From Antedon mediterranea (Eukaryota > Animalia > Echinodermata): a DNA stretch of 64,000 nt. The notes below the pieces were generated by a model, which saw only the letters and a program-made list of their open reading frames with translations, had not been told where the DNA came from and made no database searches. Positions 1 through 12,780 of the stretch are shown here, piece after piece (position 1 is the stretch's first letter; each line of letters begins with the position of its first letter). Made by a program: the position numbers and the translations under genes. The stretch is from positions 30,752,001 to 30,816,000 of the forward strand of contig NC_092674.1 in assembly GCF_964355755.1 (NCBI RefSeq). Direction: 5' to 3'.

Positions 1-2807
1 CCCTTCACCATTGGCTTCATTGTAAGCAACTATTGACACAGGCCTAGCGATTTGGATATCCCTGGGAGCTTTTGATTTGGATTTTTTATCTTTTGATGAT
101 GAAAACTGAAAAGAAAAACAAATGAAAAATGTGGAATTAGGTTTTGTAATACAAATTCCAAATTGAGGTTTAGAGAAAAGAAATCACTATTGTGTTGACT
201 GAGTCAGTTGCTTTGTAATAAATCAGCAATTTCAAAATGAATGTGCTATTAATGCACTCATAGTTATCAATGTTAAGTTTCAAAGTGTTATTATAATAAC
301 TACAGCATCATCGGTAAAAGAAAATTTTAGGGCCTGTTTCTGCTGCAACTGCTCAAAATACGGTATAAAAATACGGTATTTTTTATACCGTATTTTTTAG
401 TACCCCGTTTCTGCTAACAATACTTCTTGGGTGGTCGTGTTAAATTTCATCTTTTTTACCCAAATTGCCATTCATTTATTTGATCGATAATTAAAAGTCG
501 CAATAAAGGAAGTTTTACGTCTCACTTTCAACAGCCTAGCCCTAGTGATAGAGATGTTGAGAGCACAGAAAACATCGTAATGGGGACAATTAATTCGTTC
601 CCTCCCCGAGTTATTGTATTTTGCAATGTTGTACTGCTTTCGCAGGCTCTTCAGCTTTGAGTTTACTTGCTTTGGAGACAAGTTTATTCCATACTCCTGC
701 TTTATTTTTTTATAAATGTCTTTATAAATGTGGTTGTCCCTTTTATTACCTTTTAGTTGGTCAGACATTTTAGCTTCCCCACACACATTTATTTAGTAAA
801 ACTGTGACGTATTCGCTCCACATTTTCGCCGAATATATCTATACATGTGTGTAAAGCAGCTAACAGCGACAGAAAATAAAAACACGAATGGTGACCTTTT
901 GTCATGTAAAAAAAAATACGGTATTTTTTATTGGCAGCAGAAACGGGTACAAAAAATACGGTATAAATTTGTAAATACCGTATTTTATCCACAAATTTTG
1001 TGGGGAAAATACGGTATACAAAATACGGTATATTTTTTATGAGCGCAGTTTCTGCTGCCAAAAATATACCGTATATATACGGTATTCAAAAAATACCGTA
1101 TAATATACGGTATTTAGTTGGCAGCAGAAACAGGGCCTTAGAGAGTAATAGTTTTGTTGATAAATTATAATTTAAATATTGTATGATACTGTAGTTATAA
1201 GATAATTTCAAACCACATTCTTTATGGCAAACAGCCTTAATAGCCTGGATCTATTTCACATGTTATTTACAAAGGTTCAGAGCATAAGATAAAGAATATT
1301 ATCTAATTACTAAACCATGCATCATCAACTACTACTCCATCAACAAATTCACCTTGATGGACATTACACAACTCTGCCATTACTACTGTTTTACAGTAAT
1401 CATGGATAATGTACCATAACTACATGGTAATTGTTTTTGACCTGGAAGTGATAACAAACAAACAATTACTAAGTATCGTTTATGACAGTGCTCTACAGAC
1501 TTCCCTGATTTAATAAGAAGATCCACTAAATAATTTCAGTCTCAAAATGTGTTTCTTTATTTGGAGTCGCATTATTTCTTCCTGATTATGGTATTCATTA
1601 AAATTAGGAAGTTTTTTTATACTGTAATTGATGACTAATCATGCATATAGGCCTATTAGATGCTCATTTCTTGGTAACCAGTAATGTTGTTAAGGATCTT
1701 GGTCACCAAGACAACATATTAAATCACACTTCCTTTACTACTGTACATACACTTCCTCATAATCTAAAAAAATCTTTAATTTAAAAACCAAAACTTTAAA
1801 ATAAGTTTAAGGAACACAACACCAATGTATTGTCCATTGCATGTATACAATGGCATGCTAGTTCAGTAGCACCTACATATAATTTATTCCATTTCTTGTT
1901 TCCGTTTGATTAATTAATACAATGAAGTCTTTATTATAAAAATATTTACCTGTTTTTTACCCAACCCCATTATTATATAAAGCAGAATTACAATCCACAT
2001 TCTTTGGAAGAGTGAGTGTTTATTTATACCTTAAATTAGATGGTCAACATATTTACATTGGATATAAAATCCTAACATTATTATACTACAGTATCCTTGT
2101 TTACTGTAGAGTAATAATAAATAGGAATTGGGAGTACAAAGTTTATCTTTATTTACAACAAGTAATTAACTTGTTTAATTTGGGCAGGGCATACAGTATA
2201 AATAAACAAACACAGGTATAGGTACCTTAATATGATTATTGAGACCCTGGTATAAAAGACATTTTACAAACAATATTAAAACTAGGCCTTGTGTTAAAAT
2301 TAAAATCATGGTTTATGAAATATTATAATTGATTATTTAATACTAAATAGAAATTGCATGTTGCATCCATCCTCTTCTTACCATACTTACTGCTGGTTCA
2401 TACATGATATCCTGTTCCTGCTGCTGGACATGATGATGTGGGGTTGTAGAAACTCATCACTTAATCAAAGCACGATATTGTTAATTTATTTAATTGTAAA
2501 TTGTACGTACTGATAATAAATAATTATAACACTCACAAAATTGAAAATATAACAATAAACTGAAAGTGATGGACTGGCCTAGCCCTAGGCATGTCAATCA
2601 CTCGGCTTATCAGACAGACATGGCCTTCCCAAGTAAGTTCATCCCGCCAGGTCTAGCGAGGTCTAGCCTTACCACCTACCTAAACACTAGAGCTACGGTC
2701 TATGCTCTTCTTTGGCTAGAGTTGAGGTACGAGTAGCGGCCTGGGCCTATAAATTTACAAGTGTTACTTACGAAACTATGTCTTTTTGTAGGATCCTTTT
2801 TGTCCAT
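1..2807 (-). CDS. 5' end of a spliced gene running off the left edge; possibly a Diaphanous-type formin
   Basis: Exon 2772-2807 (MDKKDPTKRHSF, GTAAG donor) joins in phase 0 to exon 1-105 (FSSSKDKKSKSKAPRDIQIARPVSIVAYNEANGEG, TTTCAG acceptor). A basic N-terminus with RPVS resembles the Drosophila Dia N-terminus; identity is weak inference. Confidence 0.45.
330..1137. mobile_element. Non-autonomous PIF/Harbinger DNA transposon carrying a Myb/SANT-like gene remnant
   Basis: TIRs GGGCCTGTTTCTGCTGC (330) and GCAGCAGAAACAGGGCC (1137); TTA TSD at 327-329 and 1138-1140; many subterminal AATACGGTAT/ATACCGTATT motifs. Confidence 0.85.
472..823 (-). pseudogene. Frameshifted Myb/SANT-like (trihelix) DNA-binding ORF of the Harbinger element
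   Basis: MWSEYVTVLL.. (ATG 821-823), a frameshift, then GEAKMSDQLKGNKRDNHIYKDI..GINLSPKQVNSKLKSLRKQY..SG..CPHYD. Matches the Myb_DNA-bind_4-type pattern. Confidence 0.7.
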
Positions 2808-3885
2808 CTTGTTTCTTATCAAACTTGCAATTGTCTAAATCCAACATAAGGTATTCCAATTTATATTCCAGTATTACTCATCAATTCCATTTTTAGATGG
2901 TCGAGAAAACTACTCAGCGGGAGAAAAATGGCTCTTCACCGCAAAAAAACTCATCAGAGATCAAAATACCACTGTTACGTATATACACACACGACGAAAT
3001 GTGGGCTGCTGCCGCCGCCCGGCCCAATCAACGTCGATCGTACCATATTGGTAGATCGAGCATGGTCGACTTTCAAATACAGCAGCAGCAGTCTGCTGGA
3101 TGAAAGTCTACCTGAATGTACAAATTCTTGGTAACTTAGGGGATTCTATATGATTACTTCATTCTGATTGGATGACTTGTAGTTTTTTATTTTACTCCAC
3201 ATGCTAAATTGTAAACTCAATGTTAAAAATACTCTGAAAAACTATTGTCAATTTCAGTTTTTATTTGGTATTTTGATATAAAAACAAACAAAAAACATTC
3301 AATAATATACTAAATTTAACTTCTTCATCAACTGAAGCCAAAGTTTTTTCTATTGATGGATGAGGCACGTCAGTCTTGACAAATGGTATTTAAATTTTGG
3401 CAGCAGAAAATGTCACTTTCATCCTATCACTTTTATTATCATCAACAATTTAAATATTTACAGAAAGAAACATACATTGTAGCAAAAACTAGAGAGATAT
3501 TTATCACTGCGATGTGCTTCCAATGAAGACACTTGAACAAACAATTCATCAGGTCTGATAGCCTTCTTGTTCCAGCTAATTGTTATATCATTAAAAAAAA
3601 TCTTCAACAAATTTTTCTAAACAAAACAAAAAGGCTTTTTTGTTTTCTTCTTCTTCGACTTCCATTTTTTTAATATATAATAAAAGAATTTCCACTAGGG
3701 TAATGAATGATTTTTAAAAATCTTTGAGATTTACCAATTTTGATTTTTGTCATTTTTGTGATATGATTTGTAATACGGTAATACATTTTTTTCAAATGAC
3801 CAATTTCAAGATTCTTTGTTTTTTTCATATCAAGGAAGACATTCTGTGTGCAGTCAAGTGTGACACTCACTAAACTTGTTCAAGT

Positions 3886-6800
3886 TCAAACTTTCTTCCA
3901 TGTAGAATCGTTTTCAATTACGCCAAGTCCTGACTCCTCCAGTTGAACATGTGATCTTTAAAATAAGTTAAGTAAACAACAACTCAAAATCATTTTATAT
4001 AACTTAAGTTGATTTATTTATTATTATCGATAGTATTTGTATGCTAGTATTCAGTTTCTTAAAGCATAAAGCAAATGCGTATTTAAAATGCATGAAAGGA
4101 TACACATCCATTTGACCATGAATTTCTTGGTTCAAATCCACTTTTACTCCTTTAATGTTAATAAATTGTTGTGGTGCTTCTTGCTTGGTTATTAATTTCT
4201 TCATTTCTTTTGATTCTGACCTAAATTATAATAAATATGATTAAGCATCAACAACAATCAATCAACAACACCAACCTCAACATGGGCTAACATCTAACAC
4301 TAATACTAATATTCATCTAAACACCAACTTATCTGTGTACAGACACCTAATTAGTAACACCAACCTACACACTGACACCAACCTAAAAACTGACACCAAA
4401 CTAAACACTGATACCAATCTAAACACTGACACCAATCTAAGCATGAACTTACCTTAATTTGCTTGTCTGCATAAATTTCTTGATTACATTTGTAAGTTCA
4501 TCTACTTTGACAGCTGCAATCTTGGTACAATATAAAAGCTAAGTAAAATCAACAAGTCATAGTTATAATCTTAAAATAATAATTTTGCAGTGAAGAAGAA
4601 TATAGAAGGACCACACCCACCAGTCCAGTTACACCAGTGGAGTAGCTTCTTGTACTTACCTGATCTTTAGTTAGCATCATACTACCACTCATATGTATAG
4701 TATATATTCCATTACACCAGTGGATTAGCTTCTTGTACTTACCTGATCTTTAGTTAGCATCATACTACCACTCATATGTATAGTATATATTCCATTACAC
4801 CAGTGGATTAGCTTCTTGTACTTACCTAATCTTTAGTTAGCATCATACTACCACTCATATGTATAGTATATATTCCATTACACCAGTGGAGTAGCTTCTT
4901 GTACTTACCTGATCTTTAGTTAGCATCATACTACCACTCATATGTATAGTATATATTCCATTACACCAGTGGATTAGCTTCTTGTACTTACCTAATCTTT
5001 AGTTAGCATCATACTACCACTCATATGTATAGTATATATTCCATTACACCAGTGGATTAGCTTCTTGTACTTACCTGATCTTTAGTTAGCATCATACTAC
5101 CACTCATATGTATAGTACATATTTCATTATTACAATTCATTGCCACCACCATTAATCCTTCCATTATATTCTCCTCCTCAGCGCTCGGGTCAACGACTAT
5201 GAAATTTCTTTAATTAAAATAAATTAATATTTACATGATTATAGACTTGATATTTAATTAATTACAGTAAGGAATCTGTGTAAAGAATTGGTGTAACTAC
5301 TGCAAAATTCTATTCTAGTTTTAGAATTCATTGTACGTCTGTTAAAAAAAACGATATATTGAAAGAAATACTCACCCATGATCAAAAATAGCAAAGGTGA
5401 CACAAAGGGGCATATGGTGAACACTTAATGCAACTGGGTCTTTGTCATCATAGTGCTGGAAAAAAAAACAAGCAATAATTAAATAATTATAAATAAGTTA
5501 AAATATCAAATAAGAAGATGGGTTTGTAAAGTGGGGTTCGAATCCCACCAAGAACATATTCTCAATCGATCAAAAATAAACCCACAACTTTTATCAATAT
5601 TTTGATAATTAACTTACAATTTTAACGTCTTCTCCCGTAACTGTTATATCTGGTCTTTTAAAGTGAGATAATGCGGTCATGGCAGCAACGCTTACGCAAT
5701 CCATTATTGCGCCTTCATAGTTCAAAACATTAACATCCAATCGAATTTGCCAAACCTACAATAGAAGCAATACATGATATGATATATTAACCAATAGTTG
5801 AATTCAGCAAAAGTGGAAATAACCACATCGTTTTCAAAGCAAAATAACCTCCAATTTCAAAGACTGTACATTCATTTTGTAATTCAAGCACTTAAACTAA
5901 ACACCAACAGACATGTTACCTTTTGTCCGGATATAACACACAGTGATTCCATATCTAAACATCTACAATCTTTAATACAATGTTCTAGCAGTCTGCCTAA
6001 CTCAACAGCCTGTTCCGACATCCTGAATAAAGTGAAAACAATTGTTGGTCTTCCTATGCAATATGAAGTTTTCACCTTATAATTACATTATGAAATGTTT
6101 ATATCCATGGAGGACGTAGGGACACACATGCGCAGCTTTAAAAGTCCTAAAGATATCAAGGTAACTTTGTGCATAAACTGAGGCAGCATAACAAATGTTT
6201 TTAATAGTAACTGTACCCATATATTTGATAGCCTTGCGATGCCATTGGTGATAATTCTAAGTTGACATAGAGCACCCCTTCTGTTGGTCTACCAGGTCTT
6301 GGCTCTCCCAATTCTGCAGATACCTGTGCAAGTACTCTATTTAAAGAAGAAAATAGGATTTAAAATCAGCATTCAATAAGAAGAATCTGAAATTGAAAGT
6401 GATAAAAAGCTTTAATTAATCTTGTCTCTTGTCTTAATTTATTGCTGAATGTCATTAAATTACTTTTATGCTGTTTCAATCATTTTAAGATTTTTAAAAT
6501 GTAATACTAAAAGCTGTTTAAACCTTGTATCTCCAATAGATGCAACACACCCACCACTATCGCCAACAAACATCACGTTGACGTCTCTGTAATCAAATGA
6601 TTTTCTTCCATCTAGACGCTGTAATAAAAAAAGACAAAAAGGTAAAAAAAAGTCATTATTTTAATTTTCATTTTTAAATAATATATTATATTGTCAATAA
6701 AACATGCTCATATATAACAATATTTTTGTGTTAATAGTCTAGCATTTTAATAAGATAAATAATATAAAACTTACTCCCGATAATGACAAAATAAATTTAA

Positions 6801-7050
6801 TTTTGTGATAATCAAATATTTTGGGCGAATCATCCAACAAATGAATCGTAATGTATCGCAACCACGTTCGTTGGTATCAATTTGTAATCCTGATCTGTCC
6901 GAGAGCCTAGCTACCTGGCCTAGCTAGCGACTAATAAAAACCACTAGCGAATAGGCCTTATTGATTGCCTGATAAAACACTCACTTTTCCATTCTTCAGG
7001 CCATGTAATACAAAATCACAAGAGATCTTAGGTATGGGTACTTCTTTCAT
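3886..7050 (-). CDS. EXOSC9: Exosome complex component RRP45, 10 exons, ~335 aa
   Basis: Exons 6985-7050, 6524-6618, 6217-6336, 5920-6022, 5618-5755, 5376-5455, 5075-5207, 4453-4538, 4104-4220, 3886-3955 splice in frame. Peptides MKEVP..RLDGR..DYR, RPTEGVLYVNLELSPMA, ESLCVISGQKVWQIRLD, HFKRPD, LSVHHMPLCVTF. Confidence 0.93.
4268..4440. repeat. Degenerate ~18-bp minisatellite (ACACCAACCTAAACACTG)
   Basis: Repeated ACACCAA(C/T)CTAA units in EXOSC9 intron 8. Confidence 0.7.
4629..5126. repeat. 83-bp tandem repeat x6 spanning the EXOSC9 exon 7/intron 7 junction
   Basis: Units start at 4629, 4712, 4795, 4878, 4961, 5044; each contains CTTACCT(G/A)ATCTTTAG, the reverse complement of the exon end plus GTAAG donor. 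Confidence 0.95.
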
Positions 7051-8508
7051 TTTCTTGCCTTTATTTATTTTATACTTGTAAAATAGGCCTACATATACAC
7101 ACACATGTGTGTTACTTATATATACAGTAACTTGAAATCATTATACCATATTGGTAGGTTAAGTATGGTACAACAGTACGACGTCTGGTGGGAAAGTCTA
7201 CACAGGCACGCATATTCTTTGTTAACTTAGGGGGTTCGTAATAGATTGTAGTCGATAACGAATCGGACTCCATTCTTGAATGACGATGACATAATTAATT
7301 TCGAATTTATTTCGATGTATCATACAGATCTGCATCATTTTTATGTCACTGCTTGGAAAACGCATTATATTTTTGATAAAAACTTATTGCACAAATAATG
7401 CATGTTTCAACCACACCAAAATAAAAATAGACTTCATAACTTCTGTGATCACATTTATTAATTCTTACATAATTCACCTATATATATATACTTTTCACGA
7501 AGTTGGGAAACCAATTTTACAAATGAAATTAAAACCTTTATAATGCAAAACAAACCTGTTGAAATGAAATCTATGATCAGTAATATTTTAAAAGACTGTA
7601 TAATAATGTATAACATATAAACCAAATTCTCAATAAAACTGTAAAAAAAAACCTGATGTAGTCAACAGAGTCTTAATATTTGACCATTGAGAATTTTCCT
7701 TCTTATGGTTTAATTCTATCTGTATAACATTCACGCATATCTCTACATTTGTTTATGTTAATAAACAAATAAATAAACATTATAGGACATGCAACAATAT
7801 ACAGTATCATCTCTTTATACATTTATTCCGATTAGTAGTACAATTTCACCTATTCACACCCAGTGTCACACAGGGCGATACCTATTATTAACTCACAATA
7901 GTACATCCTATAATACAATTATCTACGGGGTTCATAAACCAATGTTTATAATGGAGTAGAACATACGATACATTACTACTGGTAACATGCAACATCTCTC
8001 ACATTTGCAACTTTTATCAGTTGCAACATTGGAATGTTAACTCTACAGTTTTCTAAGTTTTTTTTAGCAATCCGATTTTAATTAAGCTATTTTACAGCCA
8101 TTTTTAAATGTTTTAAATAATAGTTTTTCCGTAACTTTCGATATAACAACCAATACTAATAAGATTAAATTGCTGTCATGAAAGGAAAGCACAACATTCT
8201 ATTCATTGCAAAGTTAAAACAAGAAAAATGTAAATCAAATTTACATAATCTCACTGTGTGGTATAACCACTCATTCTGATTGGATGCTCTTTATTGCTAT
8301 GGATTGTGGGTAATTATTAATGTAATTAATGTTGACAATAATAATATAAATGCTCACAACAACATGTGTATTGTGAACATCAAGTTATCATTACTTCTTT
8401 GCTACTGACAATGACAGTTGCATTTCTAGTGTCTGATTGTATACAATTTCAGATGTTCAAGATGTGGTAACAGAGCAAATAAGGATATGAATAATTACTA
8501 GGGAAAAA

Positions 8509-11500
8509 TTATTTTGTTGAGAGAATAAGGGCAACAATTAATCCATATAACCCGAGAACTTCAGCAAAAATAAGAACAAGAATCATTCCAACATAAAGTC
8601 TGGGTTGTTGAGCAGTTCCTCTAACACCAGCATCACCTACTATACCTATAGCAAAACCAGCAGCTAAGCCACTTAGACCAACACTTAGTCCAGCACCAAG
8701 ATGCAAGAAACTCCTGTTAGGCAAAACAAAAAGGTAATTAAAATTGAGTGGTAGCTATCTTTTTGCTTAAAAGTCAAGATAGGATAAGTGCTTAATTGAG
8801 GCTTATGGAAAAATACCTTTTCAGGTTATTTTGAAAATGTAAAAAAAAATCAATGACTTACAACAAAGGTAGTTTAATTAAATTGTTTTGTTAAACTGTA
8901 TAAATTTGACTAAAGGCCTTTTACACAGATAGTGAAATTGAATTAATGAAACTGATTTAAATGACACCAGCACCGGCAAAAATATATGCTAGAATAAGTG
9001 TATCTATTCAAAAAATATGAATGGGTAGGTAATTGTGCTGGTATAGTGTCAACACATGCTATCCAATGGCTGTATAATTGCCAGGATATTTGCGAAATCT
9101 ATCAAATTATTCATGTCAAGTACAACTGTATGTCAGTTTCACACACACACTTTTTTGTCAATAGACATAAAATGTTAACTTTTAATATCAATAAGTTTTA
9201 TACTATTTTTTTATGACAAATTGTTCATATGTATTCTTCAAATGTGTTTTATGTGTGTATATTTTAATTTTTACAATTCGGTTGTTTATAACAAACTAAT
9301 GATTTTAATTTTTGTATATTTGTTCATGGAAATGGATATCTCTTTTAGAGATCAATAAAGTGTTACGGAATACTGAGCACGACTACTTACTTATAAAGAG
9401 TATAGCTACTATCATCAGTAATTGAGTTAGCCACTACGACCGCAACAACTACTCCATATATAGCAATAATACCAGCCATAATAACAGGGATTACAGATTT
9501 CATGATAAGTTCAGGCCTCATCACACTCATGGCAGCGATTCCAGTACCACTCTTGGCAGTTCCATATGCTGCTCCAAGTGCTGTAAAAAAAACCAATCAT
9601 TAATACAGGGTTCGCAAATTCAGTTAACTGATCCACTGTGACTGCTTTACTAATTTATTTGCAACTTTTTTGTTTGTGACTTAAGTTTTGTGCCCAGAAA
9701 TTTCAATTTTCGTGCAGAAGTACAGTAGGAGAAAATGGTACTGTAATTAAACTTAAAATGGACCTGTGTAAATGGATTTTCGATTTTTTTCATTTTAGAA
9801 TGATGTTTTGGGGGCTATTAGGTGTTGCTAGAATGTATATTGTTACAAAATATAAATTGGCCTTTTTGGGGAAAGCCCCATTTGAAAATCAAAAAAATTC
9901 GCGGGTGACGTCACTTTGCGAATATATTCCTATCCCTCCAATGGACAATTTGCAGTTTTTTGGCTATAACTCTTGAAATCTATGGAGTATTTTCTAAAAA
10001 ATGCTTGTGAATTTGCAGAAACGTATTTAGATTTTTTTTAGATAAAATTATTACCGTATAAACGGTTATTCATCGAGTAAATGACGATTTAAAATCTTAA
10101 AATCAACGGTTTTTTTCTGGCAATACCGAAGTTGGCCTGGCAACGTTGTCCGGGATACAGCTCCGTGCGCAATGATGCGTATCCATATTTTCCGTTCGTG
10201 TATTTTGTATATCGTTCGTAATTTATACTGCTAAAATGTGTTAGTTTCTTTAGTTTTTATTTTAGTTTAGCAGAATTAAATTAGTAATATGAGATGATAA
10301 TTTATTTGTCACGAATCAGGCAGTTCAAAAATGAATTTTATTCATATTTTACTTTGGCTTGACAATGAGCGCAGCAAGTTGTTGATATCGCTTTGGTCCT
10401 TGGATGCACATGAAACGGAGCTTCGCCGCATGATGTGGGTGGTGGTGGATCGACTCCGCGCGCTGGATTGGGGGCCTAGGCCTAGTAAAGGTTTGGGAGG
10501 TAGGCCTTCTAAATTCGGGTTTTAGAACAAACGAAGTACATTTTAGGGACCTATATTTCAACAACATTAGATATTGAATAAATTAGTATTAGTGTCAACG
10601 CTTCGCGTATCTTTCCAGGCCGTCGATCATTCACTGACTATCGGGCGGCATACACGCTCTCGATATCATCGTGTGTATATGTGACGTCGTGAATATAGAG
10701 GCTTCCGACGGCCGTTGAAATAGAATATAGCAATGGCGTGAGTAATTTTCGCTAATTTACCATGGTATCTTAAAATTTCGTTTTTACTCAAAATACTATA
10801 CATTTTGTTTTTATTTGTATGGGTTTGTGTTAATTCGATACATTTAAATAACATGTGTGAATTTCTTGAAAATCGAAATTCCATTTCAGGTCCATTTTAA
10901 GATGCACTAATTTTTTTCAAATGGTCTAAATTAACTGATTGTAGGACAAAAAACGAAAATTATATTCTTTTGTTGCAACTAGTATTAGAATGTTAAATAA
11001 ACGTTATAAATAAATAAATTATATTATATATACTGTAGTATTAATAATTATGAATTTTGTAGATTCAAGTTAAATAATACGCTAATAATAATGTACTTTT
11101 ACTGTCAGGTTCGGCAACCAATCCTTTTATTTTCATTTCTTTATGTCAAGATATCTTTATTTATTAATCTGTATGTAATTTGATAGTAGCCGTTTACATA
11201 TAAAACAAGACTGAACATTGTCTCCAAAAACAGAATCAACTACAAAATTTAAAATCATAAATTGTATCTCACCAATTCCTCAAAATCAGGTGAGTTATCA
11301 ACTTTAAAAATTACATAATTCCAAATATAAATAAGCCTATCTAATAAAAATATACTTTAATATCAAATACATATATAATTACGTAAATACCAAGGATAAG
11401 CTAGGCCTATATGAGAAAAAAGGCTTGGCCAAACAATGGAGTTTATTCCAGGCAGGCCAAATCAAATTCCAGCCAGGGCGCCGGGGGTAACGACGAATGA

Positions 11501-11619
11501 AAAAAAGGCTTGTTTTGAGAACGTAAAAAACAGTATACTTTACCACTAAATACCATCGCTGCTGTGGCTCCCATGATTCCGAAGAATGGAGTGTATGATG
11601 GTGGGGCTTCATCTGTCAT
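8509..11619 (-). CDS. ATP6V0C: V-type proton ATPase 16 kDa proteolipid subunit c, 3 exons, 156 aa
   Basis: Exons 11544-11619, 9391-9580, 8509-8713; peptides [28 protein letters not shown] and [28 protein letters not shown]. Confidence 0.97.
9757..10896. mobile_element. Non-autonomous Kolobok-like DNA transposon in ATP6V0C intron 1
   Basis: TTAA TSD (9753-9756, 10897-10900); imperfect ~30-bp TIR AATGGACCTG..AAATGGA.TTTCGATTTT; RR..YY termini; no transposase ORF. Confidence 0.8.
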
Positions 11620-11754
11620 TTTAAAAATAATAGTCTGTTTATAACTACACAAATAACAAACTTGTTAAAATCTGAATTTCAGAAAATGGCGACTGACTAC
11701 CGAAAAGACGTGTGGAAGATAAAAAGGAGGAAGGTCGGTCACAGAAAAATGACG

Positions 11755-11816
11755 ATCATATGATTAGGTCATGTGATTTTAGATTCATTATGCAAAACGT
11801 CTCTAGCGCCCTCTAT
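11755..11816. promoter_or_regulatory. ATP6V0C upstream region with a CLEAR/M-box-like site and a CTCF-like site
   Basis: GTCATGTGAT at 11768-11777, ATCATATGAT at 11755, TAGCGCCCTCTA at ~11804; about 140-200 bp upstream of the ATG. Confidence 0.45.
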
Positions 11817-12780
11817 CTTGTTGATTAAGGACTTTTGTATTAGGTGGTTTTAGACAGAAATATCAAATATAAAACAAGTGGTCGTCATTTTTTTGCCATT
11901 TAGAACCAAAATTAAACAGTTAAAAACATAATTCATGGCCTGCTGTACTATTTAATTGAATAAACCCTACAGTAGTTGATGGGCCAACAAAAAAAGTTAT
12001 GAAGACAAACAAACACAACTCACTTTTATTTAATTGCTTTTAACTTTTATTCTGTTTAATTTATGCAACACTATATCAATTATCAATAATATGTTATAAT
12101 TCTTTTATTTTACCAATCAGAGTTTGTCGTGTAAACAAGTTGTTTAGCTGCTAAAACACAATAATAATTTCAATATATGATTTATAAAGTATATCACTAT
12201 ATTTCTTATATAGGCCTAAACCTGAATTTGTAAAATGTTGTTCTAGGCCTGTCTGTTATCAATAGCCATTGTCTAAGTTAAATATTTTTTTATTTTATAA
12301 AGTAAATTGTTTTATAATGATAATTATCACCTCTGGCATTTCATACCAACTATCCTATGCAATATTTAATATATCCTGTGCAGGGTGGTATTTAATTTTG
12401 TTTGTTTTTTTTAGTATAACTACATGATTCTGCAATTAATTTCAAGTTATGTGACATCAAGGGCAGTCTCTTTAGAATCAGAGGCTGGACGTGTCAAACA
12501 AATTATAAAAACCGGGACGGGGTTGTTCCTCAACAATATGCCCCCTTGCATGTCTGAGGTTTTCTCCTTATGCATTTATTTACCATATGATAGCAATCTC
12601 TTTGTGCTCTTTCTTGAGTTGAAGCAAGTTTTAGCAATGTATTCTACTAGTAGCAACTTTTTAAAAACATACTTTTTCATACAATCTGTCATACAACTGT
12701 TCTCAACATGTATTTTGCTTCTGTTCTTAACATTTGCTCTGACTGTATCAATTCTTTCCAAAACATGTGATGTTTTCCTG

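Noticed and set aside
2386-2460. Possible alternative first exon (MYEPA then GTAAGT) for the leftmost gene
   Set aside because: The phase fits, but there are upstream out-of-frame ATGs and no other support
5520-5552. GGTTCGAATCCCACC tRNA T-arm/B box
   Set aside because: No acceptor, D or anticodon arms; at most a SINE or tRNA remnant
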